From Balanoglossus misakiensis (lineage: Eukaryota; Animalia; Hemichordata), in NCBI GenBank assembly GCA_040954595.2, contig CM082590.2, positions 5,580,001-5,644,000 on the forward strand: a DNA stretch of 64,000 bases, given 5' to 3'. This document shows, in pieces, positions 1 to 13,200 of this stretch; the first letter of the stretch is position 1, and each line of letters starts with the position of its first letter. The position numbers and the translations under genes were made by a program. Below the pieces are notes generated by a model. The model saw only the letters and a program-made list of their open reading frames with translations, did not search any database and had not been told where the DNA came from.

Positions 1-239
1 CAAGACACTGTTTATGGTAATGTACATGTGTATATGTAGGGAATGAAAGTTCAACCACGCACAACTTCCATCCCACTTATATTATATATGAGAGTAAAAA
101 CTCGCCCAAATTGAATTAATGGTAGAGACTGATTATTCATTTTGGTGATTTTTTTTCACTCTATTATCTGCAAGTGGGATGGAAGTTGTGTGTGGTTGAA
201 CCTTGATTCACAATACATGTATATCTACATGTACATTAA
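1..239. mobile_element. Partial palindromic MITE of the AGGGACAAAGTCTCTCTC family, cut at a TTAA
   Basis: Same internal sequence as the full copies at 38398-38753 and 53222-53576. Closest to the copy at 60978-61211, with which it shares diagnostic variants. Confidence 0.75.
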
Positions 240-334
240 GGTTATTGTGAAGGCAGGGCTAATTTGTGACCCATCCTTAATTACACATATGTATATCCTT
301 TGTCCAATCATTGGAAATAAACAAAGTCTCTGAT

Positions 335-2261
335 TGACTTCAGAGGGACACTAGTTACATCACAATTCCCAGCAAGGGGTATGGGGTTTTATTGGACCAG
401 TGGCATGGTTATAGCTAGACGTAGTTTTGGAAGCAAAGCGGACAAAATACGGCTAGATACTAGACTAGCCTATCATCCACACCCAATCACCATTGTTCAG
501 TTTATGTGAGTGACTTCAAGGGGACGCTAGTAACATCACAATTCCCAGCGAGGGGTATGGGGTTTTATTGGGCCAGTGGCTTTGAGTGAGGCTAGACGTT
601 AGTTTTGGAAGCAAAGCGGACAAAATACGGCTAGATACTAGACTAGCCTATCATCCACACCCAATCACCATTGCACAGTTTATGTGAGTGACTTCAAGGG
701 GACGCTAGTTACATCACAACTCCCAGCAAGGGGTATGGGGTTTTATTGGGCCAGTGGCATGGTTGAAGCTAGACGTTAGTTTTGGAAGCAAAGCGGACAA
801 AATACGGCTAGATACTAGACTAGCCTATCATCCACACCCATTTACCATTGTTCAGTTTATGTGAGTGACTTCAAGGGGACGCTAGTAACATCACAATTCC
901 CAGCAAGGGGTATGGGGTTTTATTGGGCCAGTGGCATGGTTGAAGCTAGACGTAGTTTTGGAAGCAAAGCGGACAAAATATGGCTAGATACTAGACTAGC
1001 CTATCATCCACACCCAATCACCATTGTTCAGTTTATGTGAGTGACTTCAAGGGGACGCTAGTAACATCACAATTCCCAGCAAAGGGTATGGGGTTTTATT
1101 GGGCCAGTGGCATGGTTGAAGCTAGACGTTAGTTTTGGAAGCAAAGCGGACAAAATACGGCTAGATACTAGACTAGCCTATCATCCACACCCAATCACCA
1201 TTGCACAGTTTATGTGAGTGACTTCAAGGGGACGCTAGTTACATCACAATTCCCAGCAAAGGGTATGGGGTTTTATTGGGCCAGTGGCATGGTTGAAGCT
1301 AGACGTTAGTTTTGGAAGCAAAGCGGACAAAATACGGCTGGATACTAGACTAGCCTATCATCCACACCCAATCACCATTGCACAGTTTATGTGAGTGACT
1401 TCAAGGGGACGCTAGTTACATCACAATTCCCAGCAAAGGGTATGGGGTTTTATTGGGCCAGTGGCATGGTTGAAGCTAGACGTTAGTTTTGGAAGCAAAG
1501 CGGACAAAATACGGCTAGATACTAGACTAGCCTATCATCCACACCCAATCACCATTGTTCAGTTTATGTGAGTGACTTCAAGGGGACGCTAGTTACATCA
1601 CAATTCCCAGCAAGGAGTATGGGGTTTTATTGGGCCAGTGGCATGGTTGAAGCTAGACGTTAGTTTTGGAAGCAAAGCGGACAAAATACGGCTAGATACT
1701 AGACTAGCCTATCATCCACACCCAATCACCATTGTTCAGTTTATGTGAGTGACTTCAAGGGGACGCTAGTAACATCACAATTCCCAGCAAGGGGTATGGG
1801 GTTTTATTGGGCCAGTGGCATGGTTGAAGCTAGACGTAGTTTTGGAAGCAAAGCGGACAAAATATGGCTAGATACTAGACTAGCCTATCATCCACACCCA
1901 ATCACCATTGTTCAGTTTATGTGAGTGACTTCAAGGGGACGCTAGTAACATCACAATTCCCAGCAAAGGGTATGGGGTTTTATTGGGCCAGTGGCATGGT
2001 TGAAGCTAGACGTTAGTTTTGGAAGCAAAGCGGACAAAATACGGCTGGATACTAGACTAGCCTATCATCCACACCCAATCACCATTGCACAGTTTATGTG
2101 AGTGACTTCAAGGGGACGCTAGTTACATCACAATTCCCAGCAAAGGGTATGGGGTTTTATTGGGCCAGTGGCATGGTTGAAGCTAGACTTGTTTTGGAAG
2201 CAAAGCGGACAAAATACGGCTAGATACTAGACTAGCCTATCATCCACACCCATTTACCATT
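335..2261 (+). repeat. 178/179-bp tandem satellite, about 10.8 copies, in the CDK intron after the first coding exon
   Basis: Unit GTGACTTCAAGGGGACGCTAG...CAGTTTATGTGA recurs every 178-179 bp. Confidence 0.97.
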
Positions 2262-2672
2262 TCAAAGTAATAACTTCACAGGCCAGTGAGTGCCCTGGTC
2301 CTATCTAACGTAATCACTCTATCAGTTCAACCGCTCCATTAATTCAACCACCCACTATTCTTTGAAAAATGCATGCGTTGATATTGTGTATTTTTCATGA
2401 AGATATCTGCAACTTAGACCTTCCAAGGTATTCAGAACTCACTGATTTTATTCTGGCTGACCTTAAACAGTTCAATTCTATCATAAATATCACCTAAACT
2501 ACATGCTGATAGTGCATACAGTTCATGCCATGCAAACATGCCCCTGAAAAATTATTCAAGAACTTTGAGTGGCCATTTTTGTGTTATGTTATTTTTATTC
2601 TATTAGTTTGTCTTTTCACAAATCATATTTATTTTTTTCTGGTCGAACTGATAGAGTGATTACGGTACTTAC

Positions 2673-2908
2673 CGTACAATGTTCGGGTGTTCGAAATTCT
2701 CCAGTTGTTTCAACATGGCGATCTCCCGGATGGTAGACATAGGCATTCCATCTTCTCCGGTCTGTATACGAACTTTCTTCAATGCAACAATCCGTCCACT
2801 CTCTATGTCGCGCGCCTTGTAGACTGTCCCATAAGCCCCGGTGCCAATCTCTGCCACCTCCTCATACTTCTTCTTGACCATATTTAAATGTTGGCGGATA
2901 AGATTCAT
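2673..2908 (-). CDS. CDK6: CDK4/6-like kinase, first coding exon (copy A; the gene continues beyond the left edge)
   Basis: Translates to [20 protein letters not shown]...VALKKVR...[33 protein letters not shown] matches the CDK4/6 cyclin-binding helix (PISTVRE/PLSTIRE). Phase-2 donor CG|gtaagt at 2673; acceptor tttcacag| at 3020. Confidence 0.92.
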
Positions 2909-3109
2909 TGTGTCGTCCTGATTGTCACAACCACAGACTACCGGCTACAAAGTCATATCCATATGTCTTATCCTCTTGAAGGCCACCATTTCTATACCAT
3001 CACAGCCAATACCAGCAAATCTGTGAAATTACCATATAAAAAGTCATCGTCAATGACCTAGTCTCCACTGGATCAACAGCAGTGGTTTTGTTACGAGCAG
3101 TACTGAGGT

Positions 3110-3395
3110 TAGGCCCCCCCCCAAAAATGTGCTCTTCCAATTACATGGTTTTCAAAAATAGTGTCGGTAGGTAGGGAATTTTTTTTTTTTTGCGATTTTT
3201 TTATTTCTCTGGGAACTGTTGTGTAGAAGAATGACGTCATAGTTCTCGCATGATTCGCGCAATTATGATCTATTTCCTATATTTCACATTGTTATTTTTA
3301 CTTCCGGGTTTACGAAGCTCTAAAAAGTTTAGGGTCGGCGGGTTAAAATTAGGGTAGGTCGGGTAATCGGAACAGCACATATATTTTTATTTGGC
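3110..3395. mobile_element. TAGGCC-ended MITE-like family (other copies about 3564-3645, 5290-5480 inverted, 31767-33277)
   Basis: Dispersed similar copies (ttaggcccc...ATGTGCTCTTCCAATTAC...GTAATCGGAACAGCACATAT...ttggc) with imperfect terminal inverted repeats. Confidence 0.6.
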
Positions 3396-4216
3396 AAAGT
3401 TCGACCACACACACCTCCAAGAACAAAGTCTCTCTCTCGCTGCCCTTTTTCCATTAAATATGCCTGATACAATACACAGTTTATGTTATTCTACATGTGG
3501 ATATACACGGTCTCTACCATTTATTCATTTTGGGGGATTTTAACTCTCATGTCCTACTGAGGTTAGGCCCCCCCAAAAAAATGTGCTCTTCCAATTACAT
3601 GGTTTTCAAAAATAGTGTCGGTAGGTAGGGAATTTTTTTATTTCTCTTGGAACATTGATTCACTATATATCCACATTAACATACATGTAAACAGTGTCTT
3701 GTGTCAAACATATTACTGGAAAAAGGGCAGTTAGAGAGAGAGTTTGTCCCTTTAATTAAAGAATATTTTGTGACTTGTTTTTTTCACTTTTAATTAAAAA
3801 ACTCACTGTAATAAGAAATTGAACAAATGATATGTTAACTGTATTTTATGACTTTCATTTTTTCTCAAAAACTCATTCAACTTTGTTCACATTATTTTTT
3901 CTGTAACAAAATTTCATTATGACCCAATATCACCTTTCATTTCAAATCAAAAAGTTCATCTGTGTGGTAGCTGTCAAATAGATTATCTACAATAATAACA
4001 GAGCTCTTCTATTTGCATATCTGGCGCTTTTTTTCCCATGATTCAAATTACAGTAAACGCGGTTACGCCACATTGGAAATTCTGCCAACTTTTCCTCGAT
4101 TTTGTAAAAAATCGCGCGACTTATACGTGGCGAATATGGTTTTTTTTCTGAAAGAGTGACCTCAAAGCTAGAAAATTATGTAGAAATCAGCTAGGCCGGA
4201 TTTCCCCTTTAATGTA

Positions 4217-4455
4217 CAGTGTTTCATCCATGATGGCATCAACAGGGGGGATAGGTCCCCCATTGCCAGAATATATTTTTTTCGAGGGGGGGGGGGGTCC
4301 GCTTTGGCAAGGGGGAATGTAATATCCAACATCATTTTAACTTAAGGGGTGCTGGTCCCCCCCCCCCCCCCCGGCAATGTCCAACGGGGTGCCAATATGT
4401 CAACAGGGGGTGAATCCCCCACCCCACCCCAGCCAGGAGCCAGGATGAAACACTG
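4217..4455. mobile_element. Small MITE with 13-bp TIRs CAGTGTTTCATCC
   Basis: CAGTGTTTCATCC at 4217 and GGATGAAACACTG ending at 4455, flanked by TA, with a G/C-run interior. Confidence 0.65.
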
Positions 4456-5686
4456 TAAGTATGCACATAGATGAAGCTAAATACACTATAGAACTATATT
4501 GCAATCTTGTTTAAATATTTATGATACTGCAATGCATCGTTTTGTAGTGGGACTTTCACAAACATTGTGAAATTCTACGAACTCTGTCCTAAATACCGCG
4601 TTTTAATGGACAGTGGTTTTGTTTCTGGGACGTGTGATGACCTGGTCGCTGGTTTGGACATACCACTCAGGCCACAACTTGGTGACCTCTGGACTGACAG
4701 GACAAACAAACGCTGAGTTGAAGGCAAAGCTCCTTTGTTTACCAACACCACCCCCAATCGCCATAGCTGGCTGTATGTTTTACTGTATCGTCACCAGGCA
4801 GTTTTCCAACGACGATGGAAACATCCAAACATGTGCCACACCACTGTGTGTGAAAACCCGATAATCAGGAAATCGGGGCGATGCATAGACCAGCTGTTTG
4901 GGGGCAGGGGTGGGTCTGCGTTCGAGGAAGACATTGTCAGGACATGTCCCATCTTATGGACCGTTCACCTCTCACGTGGCAAAGAAGCAACTAAACTTAC
5001 CTGGTTTACACTAACTCTTGTAACTTATTTTGTGGGGGAAGACGGTCCGATCTTGTGTCCAAATCTTTACCGATCCACGAAAACAGAGATCGAGATCCGC
5101 AATGTTATACAAAATGAAGTCTTCAAGAAACCGTGTAAGTTTTGACCCCCTTTGAGTGCTGTATCGTAACGTAGATGGCGCACTTTGGGATGGGGCATTG
5201 TATGATTGTATACAGTCATGCAAATTGCACAATCTGACCCCCCACCTTTATCTGACCCTGAACTTTTTAGAGCTTCATAAACCGGAAGTACAAATAACGA
5301 TGCAAAATATACCAAATTTATGAAAATTGCGTGAATCACTCAAGAACGTTAACTATGACGTCATTCTTCTACACGACGGCGGCTAAAGATATAAAAAAAA
5401 TTGCAAAATAAAAAATGTTCCCTACCTACCTACCCCAGTTTTGAAAACCATGTAATCGGAACAGCACATATTTTTTTATTCCGTTCAGTGTTTGCGTGAT
5501 TTGTATCTCAAAACCTTTCCGGATGTGTAAGACATCCTGTACAATTAATATTTTGTGATTATGATGATGATTTACGGAGCTGCATTGAAGCGGGTGCTGC
5601 CACAGGCGCTTGTATAGATGCTATTTCAGTTTTTTTATTAATAATTGTAAATTAATTGTAGGCCTATACCCCACTGGGCTCTTTAT

Positions 5687-5689
<3 letters not shown>

Positions 5690-5772
<83 letters not shown>

Positions 5773-5792
5773 GGGAGAGAGAGAGAGAGAGG

Positions 5793-5823
<31 letters not shown>

Positions 5824-5921
5824 AGGGAGGGAGGGAGGGAGAGGGAGGGAGGGAGGGAGGGAGGGAGGGAGAGAGAGAGGGAGGGGGGAGGGAGGGAGGG
5901 AGAGAAAGAGAGAGAGAGAGA
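5690..5921. repeat. (GA)n/(GGGA)n microsatellite
   Basis: Directly visible. It explains the spurious ERER/SLSL ORFs. Confidence 0.98.
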
Positions 5922-6468
5922 TTGTAACAAAATTAAGACCAAATGTCATGTTCTAGGCCGAACATAGCGAGAACGCTCGTTTGACGCAAATTCGGGAGAT
6001 CGTCTAAGCTACTGATTTATCGTTTTTAGTCACTTTACAATTAATAAAAAAATTGAAATAGCATCTATACAAGCGCCTGTGGTCCCATTTATTTCTAACC
6101 GGAACATTCTGGGTTTTTTTTTTCTTTGCAGCGTAAACACCCCGGGGGACACTTGGCAGTGAAACTCCAAAACACAAACTCAATTGTCGGTCAAAATCCG
6201 GCTTCAAAAGTCGTCGGTCCTTTTAATATTTTGCCAAACAGCTGTATGACCTGTAGCTCACGAGAATTCCTGACTTTATCACGATCTGGTTGAAAAATGT
6301 TTGTAGCTACTTGATTGTGGTGGAGTGTTTTTCTGCCGACTAAACAAACACCCTGTGCTATATATTAAGTGTGGTGAGTGGTTTCCGTCAAAGTCTATAC
6401 GCGTAAAGCCAATAGAACAAACAGTATTTAATCTTTACGACCCAAAGTAAATTGCTTCTGATACGTAC

Positions 6469-6600
6469 CTGTACATACCAATAAACTTCAAACGAAACCA
6501 TCGAAATATCAAAATATCAGCTCAGTTGCCAATCTGATTAAAATCAGATGTAGCATAAAAAAAAACCAAGTCGCCGTTCCCTACATCTGATTTGAATCAG
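6469..6600 (-). other. Probable non-coding first exon of CDK copy A
   Basis: Donor CAG|gtacgt at 6469/6468, next to a CpG-rich segment with an NRF1-like GCGCACGCATGCG motif (about 6618-6630). The 5' end is a guess. Confidence 0.4.
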
Positions 6601-7239
6601 ATTGCTCAGTTGCGGACGCGCACGCATGCGTAGACATCGCCTTTAGGCCTACTGCTCAAGACGAAATCGTACACAAGGGACAGGGTACGGTGTGGTTTTG
6701 CACATAAAGTTAACACTGACCCAGCTTTATTGCAGTTCTCGTCCACACCAAACAAACCCACGGAATATTTTATTCTTTGTTCGTTGAGGACGTCGCGTTT
6801 ATGCTGAGTTTATTGGCTATACACTTTATTGTTCCATGACGCCCGTGCGTATTACACCCCGGGGGGAGACTCAGCTGTAAAAACTCCAAAACACAAACTC
6901 AATTGTCGGTCAAAATCCGGCTTCAAAAGTCGTCCTTCAGTTTAATACTGATCAAAAGACTTCATTCTATCCAAAATCGGTGTGTCAAAAGTCTAGACAA
7001 GGCCATAACGTGAGTGCCCCACCTGGGTTCAAAATTAGTAGTCTGTTCCCCCCTGTCCCTCATTTATTTGAAGTAGCCCATTTCCTCCTAAATCACGTGA
7101 CAAGACGACGCCATCTTGGAACCGAAGGACTTTCACTTGTCCAACCTGGAGTTATATAACTGGACGTTCGAACAAAAGACGGGTGCTAAATGACGTAATT
7201 TGTGAATGAATGCCAAGGCAATGTTAATGACATATAACA
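6600..7239. promoter_or_regulatory. Candidate bidirectional promoter between CDK copy A (-) and the ANK-ROCO gene (+)
   Basis: Locally CpG-rich. NRF1-like motif about 6618, E-box CACGTG about 7094, YY1-like CGCCATCTT about 7109, IRF/PRDM1-like AAGTGAAAGT on the - strand at 7129-7138. Lies between divergent first exons. Confidence 0.5.
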
Positions 7240-10200
7240 ATGGCTTCCCAGGAAGATAAAGATCCACAGGTAAGTGACCCTTGAACTGAACGGGCAACAG
7301 TGTCTGAGTTTGTAGAATTCCGTCTCTGGTCATGGACGCCCATAATCTAATCAACAGGTGTTTCAGAATAAATATCCGTCTGCTGAGATTATTCATGGTT
7401 CGGGTGGACTGAAACGTTTGAAGGACAAAATTTACAAATTACCGATCGGACAGAATGTGTCGCAGCAAAAACTTGACAAATTGTCGATGAAATTCAACAT
7501 TGCACACAACAACTTGTAGACACGGCAATATATGTGGGCTCCTAGCCCGGAGACACAGGCGTTGATCTAGAATACAACGCCCGGGGACAGTCGATAAATT
7601 TCCCGCTGAGCTGAAAGATAGTAGCCCTGGCAACGATCAGGGTCGCTTAGTAACGAATGGATAACGAGTGATCTATCAAATGTTGACGGGCGCCAGTGGT
7701 TGGATGATATAATTAACAAAGCTTGGTAAACCACTCCCACATCCCGTCGCGGGAATTTCACACATGACTCCACCTCTATTTCCTTATTTAGAATGTGATG
7801 ATGTCATTTGGTTTACATTGAGTGACCAATTAGCTTACACACAAGATTTACCACCCGTGTCGTTCTGCGCACAGAATTCGGTGCGTAAATAGAGACTGTC
7901 CCCGGGCGTTCCTTTTCCCCTACTACGCCTGTGTCTCCGGGCTAGTGGGCTCCTATCACAGGGGCCTCTCTCTCCGCGATTTTGTATTGGTTTATTATGC
8001 CAAAAATCATCAACAACAACGACAAACAAACAAAATCGCGGAGGGAGAGGCCCCTGTGCTCCAATTGCAAGTCAGCTCCAACCAGCTCTGTGCTATGCGT
8101 GTATTGTACCCCTAAAATGTTTGTCTACACGCGAAGCTCTGATTTGTTCTGCGTGACATTAAATGACTGTCCAAACATCTGTGGAATTCAGTCAGTCAAT
8201 CCGTGAGTTCTGAGTGAGGTGTCTGTGTGGATCGAGAGACTGTGGGTGGGGCACACAACTTGTAACAATTAACATCATGGAGAGACTGTGGGTGGGGCAC
8301 ACAACTTGTAACAATTAACATCATGGAAACTGTTCGTTGTTTGTGCTGGACATAAAAAGATTTGACTTGTAATAAACTGCTCCTCATATTTTATTATCAC
8401 AATCAATCGTTTTCAATCTATGTCTGTATTACTGTATAGTCAATCATTCCAGAGTCTGATAAGCATCTCTACAGTGACTCACTCCACATAGATACCAATT
8501 ATCATATCAAAAGACAATGACCTTTCTGACCTGTAGGCGAGTTCATTCAAGGTGACACAAATGTTGATTGCAAGCGAAGGGTGTTTCAGCCGCACTTATA
8601 GTCTAGTCAATCTACGAGATTTGGGCACCTAACCCAACACAAATTGCAACAGAATTATTTTCTTCAGAATATATTTTGGAGAGGTGTCTAGAACAACATA
8701 TCAAAAATGCACCCGAATCCATTTTGTGGAAATATGTCTAATTTGCATAAATTTAATATTGAAAATTTTGGAGCCAAATATCAAGAAAAAAACAGGACAT
8801 TTTCCATTATTTTAAAGTTTAAAAATATTTCATTTCATTTTGCATGAAGAACCATTTTGGAATAATATTTGACATAGGCATGTTTCATAATTTGCATAAA
8901 TGCAATATGCAGAACAGTATTCCTACAAAACCATATTTGGGCAGCATATCGGGTACTACGTAAGCTATTTTAGTGTTTTTAATTCAAAACTATCTCTCTG
9001 ACATTTGGAACAATTTTGAAAATATTTTGTTTACATTTGCATGTTATATTTTATCATACTCCAGCATATATAATAAGGTTCTACCATAGAATATATGTTG
9101 TAGCACTAGAAATGCGTAACGAAGCAAATATAAAACTCCCCTACATTAATATGTAAAACTAAAATGTAATAGCAATGCAACAAATAATTATGATCACATG
9201 ACTTCATTAAACCTGACATCGGTTTAACGATATACTTCCTAAAGTATTAAAATGTCAATTAAATGACGCTTGTAGATTATTATTTAACTTGAAAGTCGTA
9301 CTTTATCTCCGAAAATAATATTTAAATCATATATCTAAGTCTTAAAAATCAGCTGAAACGTATTCTGGCAATTTGGTTACACGAACACCTGTTAAATAAA
9401 CTGAGATGTTACCTTACTATTTTTCACTCCATTAGCTATAACTTAGACTTTCTTTTTCAGTGTATGCTTGAATCTGGAACCATTTTTCATTCTCTTTTGT
9501 GTATTTTTCTAGTGCTAAAACATATTTTCTATGCCAGAACCTTATGATATTAAGCTGTCAAACATTCATTTGGCGGCCATATTTGATTTATGCAGAATAT
9601 AAAGTGCAAATGTAAACAGAATTTTTTTTTTAATTGTTCCAAATGTCATAGAGATAATTTTGAAAAAAAAAACACTAAATAGCTTACTAAGTATCCAATA
9701 TACAGCCCAAATCGTTTTCAATCTATGTCTGTATTAATTACTGTATAGTCAATCATTCCAGAGTCTGATAAGCATCTCTACAGTGGCTCACTCCACATAG
9801 ATACCAATTAACATATCAAAAGACAATGACCTTTCTGACCTGTACGCGAGTTCATTCAAGGTGACACAAATGTCGATTGTAAGCGAAGGGTGTTTCAGCC
9901 GCACTCAGTTTAATGTCATGCTAACCTTTGATCACTTGGTTTTTGTAACAATGATAGAAAATTATTCTCTTGTTAAATTGAATTGTTTAATGACCACATT
10001 CTTGAACAAAGTCATTGTGTTATTTCTCACATACTCATGGTACCTACGGTACTACAGAGAAAAACTACAGAGGGAAGCTCTATATATTTCTGTATGCAGA
10101 ATGACAAAATAAAGAAAATATATGAATGTGATTGTCAAAAGATTGTGAACTTTTACCCCAGTGGTGGTGATACACTCAGGGATAATGGCTATCCGTGCAT

Positions 10201-13200
10201 GTTCCCAAAACTATCACAGAGAAGGGGATGCTTTTCAGTTATCATCACTGTCTTTGAAAATGATAAAAATTGGTACTTCTTCGAACAATGTTCAAACAAG
10301 ATTTGAAATACAGATGGGTGTCTAAACCCAAGTTCTTTGTATTAGAAACAATGTTATTGCTTTGTATTTGTATTACGGCATTATCTGTCCCAGTTTTAGT
10401 AAATTAGGGGCTAAGGGGGCTTTTATTGTCAGATTTTCTTCTATATTTCGCAAATTGTCTATTTTTAGTGTTGAAAATTCATGGAAAAGGATCAAGTCTT
10501 GAAATTTTACGGAGAAGCAATGTCCATTTTCCCTGGGAGTGCCACCACCAGTTTTGTATTTCTGTTTTCCTGTTGCCCTTTGGAGATCTTGTTGTTTTGT
10601 CTTGGAGAAGAGTATTTGTGTTGTCTTTGTTTACTCACAATATGATATCATTATTTTATTGACAGTGACATGATCATGTTTTGTCTTCATAATTCTTCAT
10701 CAATGAAGATTTCAATGTTTTCCTTTTATATTTCTGTTGCTTATAATTGCATTTTGAGAATATTTTGATAAAAGAAGTGTTTCTTGTTGAATGTTACAGG
10801 ATCTCATCGATGCCGCAGGGAAGGGTGATGTTGCAAAGATTCAGTCGCTGATAGCTGATGGATATGATGTCAATGCAAAGGGTTACTACCAGTATGTGGT
10901 AAGTGTTTTGTATTGACCGATGTTTAATTCAGAGTCATCGCTCAAGACTAGCGTTTGATATTTTATTTTTCATGTGCAGTGCACGCAAAGAGCTAAATAA
11001 ATTTGCCTGAAATTGTATTTCAATTACATACAACAAAATAACAATAGACAGCCTGGCTTTCTGGTATGCAACAAATTTTAATGAAAATATCTCTTTAAAA
11101 TAATGATTTTTGTTGAAATAAAATGTTTTTTTGATGCTAACACGATATTCCTTATGTAAATTTTTCCATGAAAAATACACTTACTGACACTGGGATGTCC
11201 ACTGCAACCAGTTTGCACCATGTTGAGTGCGCCCTCAACCAATGTTTTCTAGGTATTTTTAGGGGTCAACTCAATTTCTCCTTGGTGGGAATCAATTCTC
11301 AACTAGGGCGTTTTTCAAGGTCCAACGCACTTTCCTGTTTGCAAATATGTTGTTGCAGTTCGCAACACCGCTTTCTATAGCACCCCTGATGCTGTTACTG
11401 TTGTAGCACTAAGCTGAACCACATTGAACAAAACTACTATAAACTGATACCATGTTCACACTTGATGAGACTAGAAATATTTCAGAGACACTGTTTGTCA
11501 TTTGTAACCACAGAATTAAAAACACACACACATTAGACCCACTGGCACTCGATCGGCCCCATCAGCAATTCCAGTTTTACACATGATGACTGACAATGAG
11601 GGCAACAGTGTATTTTGATGACCGAGGGCACTGCTAGTCACAACTAAAACAGTCTTGTTTTCCCCGAGGGCATAGGCCGAGGGAAAACATACTGTTTTGG
11701 TGTGACTTGCAGTCCTGAGGTCATCAAAAATACACTGTTGCCTGAATAATTGTCAGTCATCATGTTTTTTATAACACACCAAACACGACACACACCACAT
11801 CTAGGCAACAGTACTGGGCAGAAACCGATCGAACTGATGCCCTGGGCAACAGTTCGAAATGACTAAGGTCACGTGACGCCGTATTGACGAATCACAATCG
11901 AGGGTTCGCTGCATGGTGTGTTAAAATATTTGTTGTGTTTAATGTGGTTCAGCTACACACATGTATTTTGGTCAGAGAGAATTGTCACTCAACCTCAGAA
12001 AAAAATTACCATTATTATGATCATTCAGTTTCAAATCAATCTTAGTCTATTACTGAAATAGCACACCATCTTAAATCAAAACCATTTTTAGATCCCATTT
12101 GGTGATGTAATATACCATGGGACCTTATGGAATCAGTTGCGTCTGTATGGATGTATGTATGGATGTCTGTATGTCCGTCCACATCAAAAACTTGAAAACC
12201 ACCGCGTGTAACCTCCATATTTGGTGTGCAGATACATTATGAGCTGTAGATGGGAGATTGTTTTAAGGAAGTTGTCATTGCCCAAAATATGCAAATTAGC
12301 TGGGAAAACGTGAAATTGGTCGAAAACTCAGAAACTCAACAACCAATGGTCATATTGATTTGAAAATTAGTCTTTTGTTAACCTCACACGGTTCTGTATG
12401 TTTTGAGCTAAAAGAGTGAATTTTCTATTTTTTATGCATTTTTTGTCTTTTTTCACATTTTTGGTAAAAAATCTACTTTTCTGGAATTGATCAGCCGACT
12501 TCTTTGACATTTAGTATGGAGCTTCATATATGTGATCTGAGTTACTCTAGTTTTGTTGAAATTGTTGCAAAATTTGCTTATTTATAATTTTGGAGCAATT
12601 TTTGCCTTTTTTGATAATTTTTTTCCTCTAAAACCGCTTGTCAGATTGCATTGAAATTTGGTAAGATTTGCATGTATGTTTTTCAAATCAAGGTGAAGAA
12701 TTCAATAGTATATTTTTGGGGTGATTTTTGCCATTTTTGGTCAATACTCTTTCACAGACCCTCTACCCCCATTACTTTCCTGGGTGAGTTCTCATGATGA
12801 TTTACAAAACCTTTGATTAAAGTGTCAATGTTTTGTGGGGGCAATATCTTGTATTTTTGGGGCATATTTTCGAATTTTGATAAAAAATTATATTTCTCAG
12901 AAAGTGTACACTGTATGGCTGATTACTTTCAAATTTGAGTTGTAAGTTAATGGGATTGGCTTCTTTAGAATTATAATGGAATCATATCATAGGCAATTTG
13001 GAACTTCTATATTTTGTAGGATATTTTGTCTTATACCGCAAAATATTTTATCTCTTGAAGAGCAATTACCACTACATAGTTCTTTGTATAAATAAGAGAG
13101 GCACCCCTACTGTCATTTGTATACACAGCAAATTTCTGCATGTTTACATAACTGGCTAACTATTAAAGAGACCAGCTGTTCTATTTGGTGTATGTACAGG

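Noticed and set aside
335-2261. Possible CRISPR-like array (also considered for the 196-, 225- and 61-bp arrays)
   Set aside because: Whole units repeat with no unique spacers, there are no cas genes, and the context is eukaryotic.
5610-5949. ERER/SLSL ORFs and similar MYVC/HTYI ORFs at 13229-13621, 31847-32689, 47167-47505 and 57374-57724
   Set aside because: Translations of microsatellites.
7681-7695. TGGCGCCCG on the - strand as a tRNA-Lys primer-binding site
   Set aside because: Only a 9-nt match, with no LTR pair or gag/pol frame nearby.
8406-9905. Direct repeats of about 190 bp (about 8406-8596 and 9710-9905) as LTRs
   Set aside because: No TG..CA ends, primer site, purine tract or coding interior. 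More likely a local duplication beside an inverted-repeat element.
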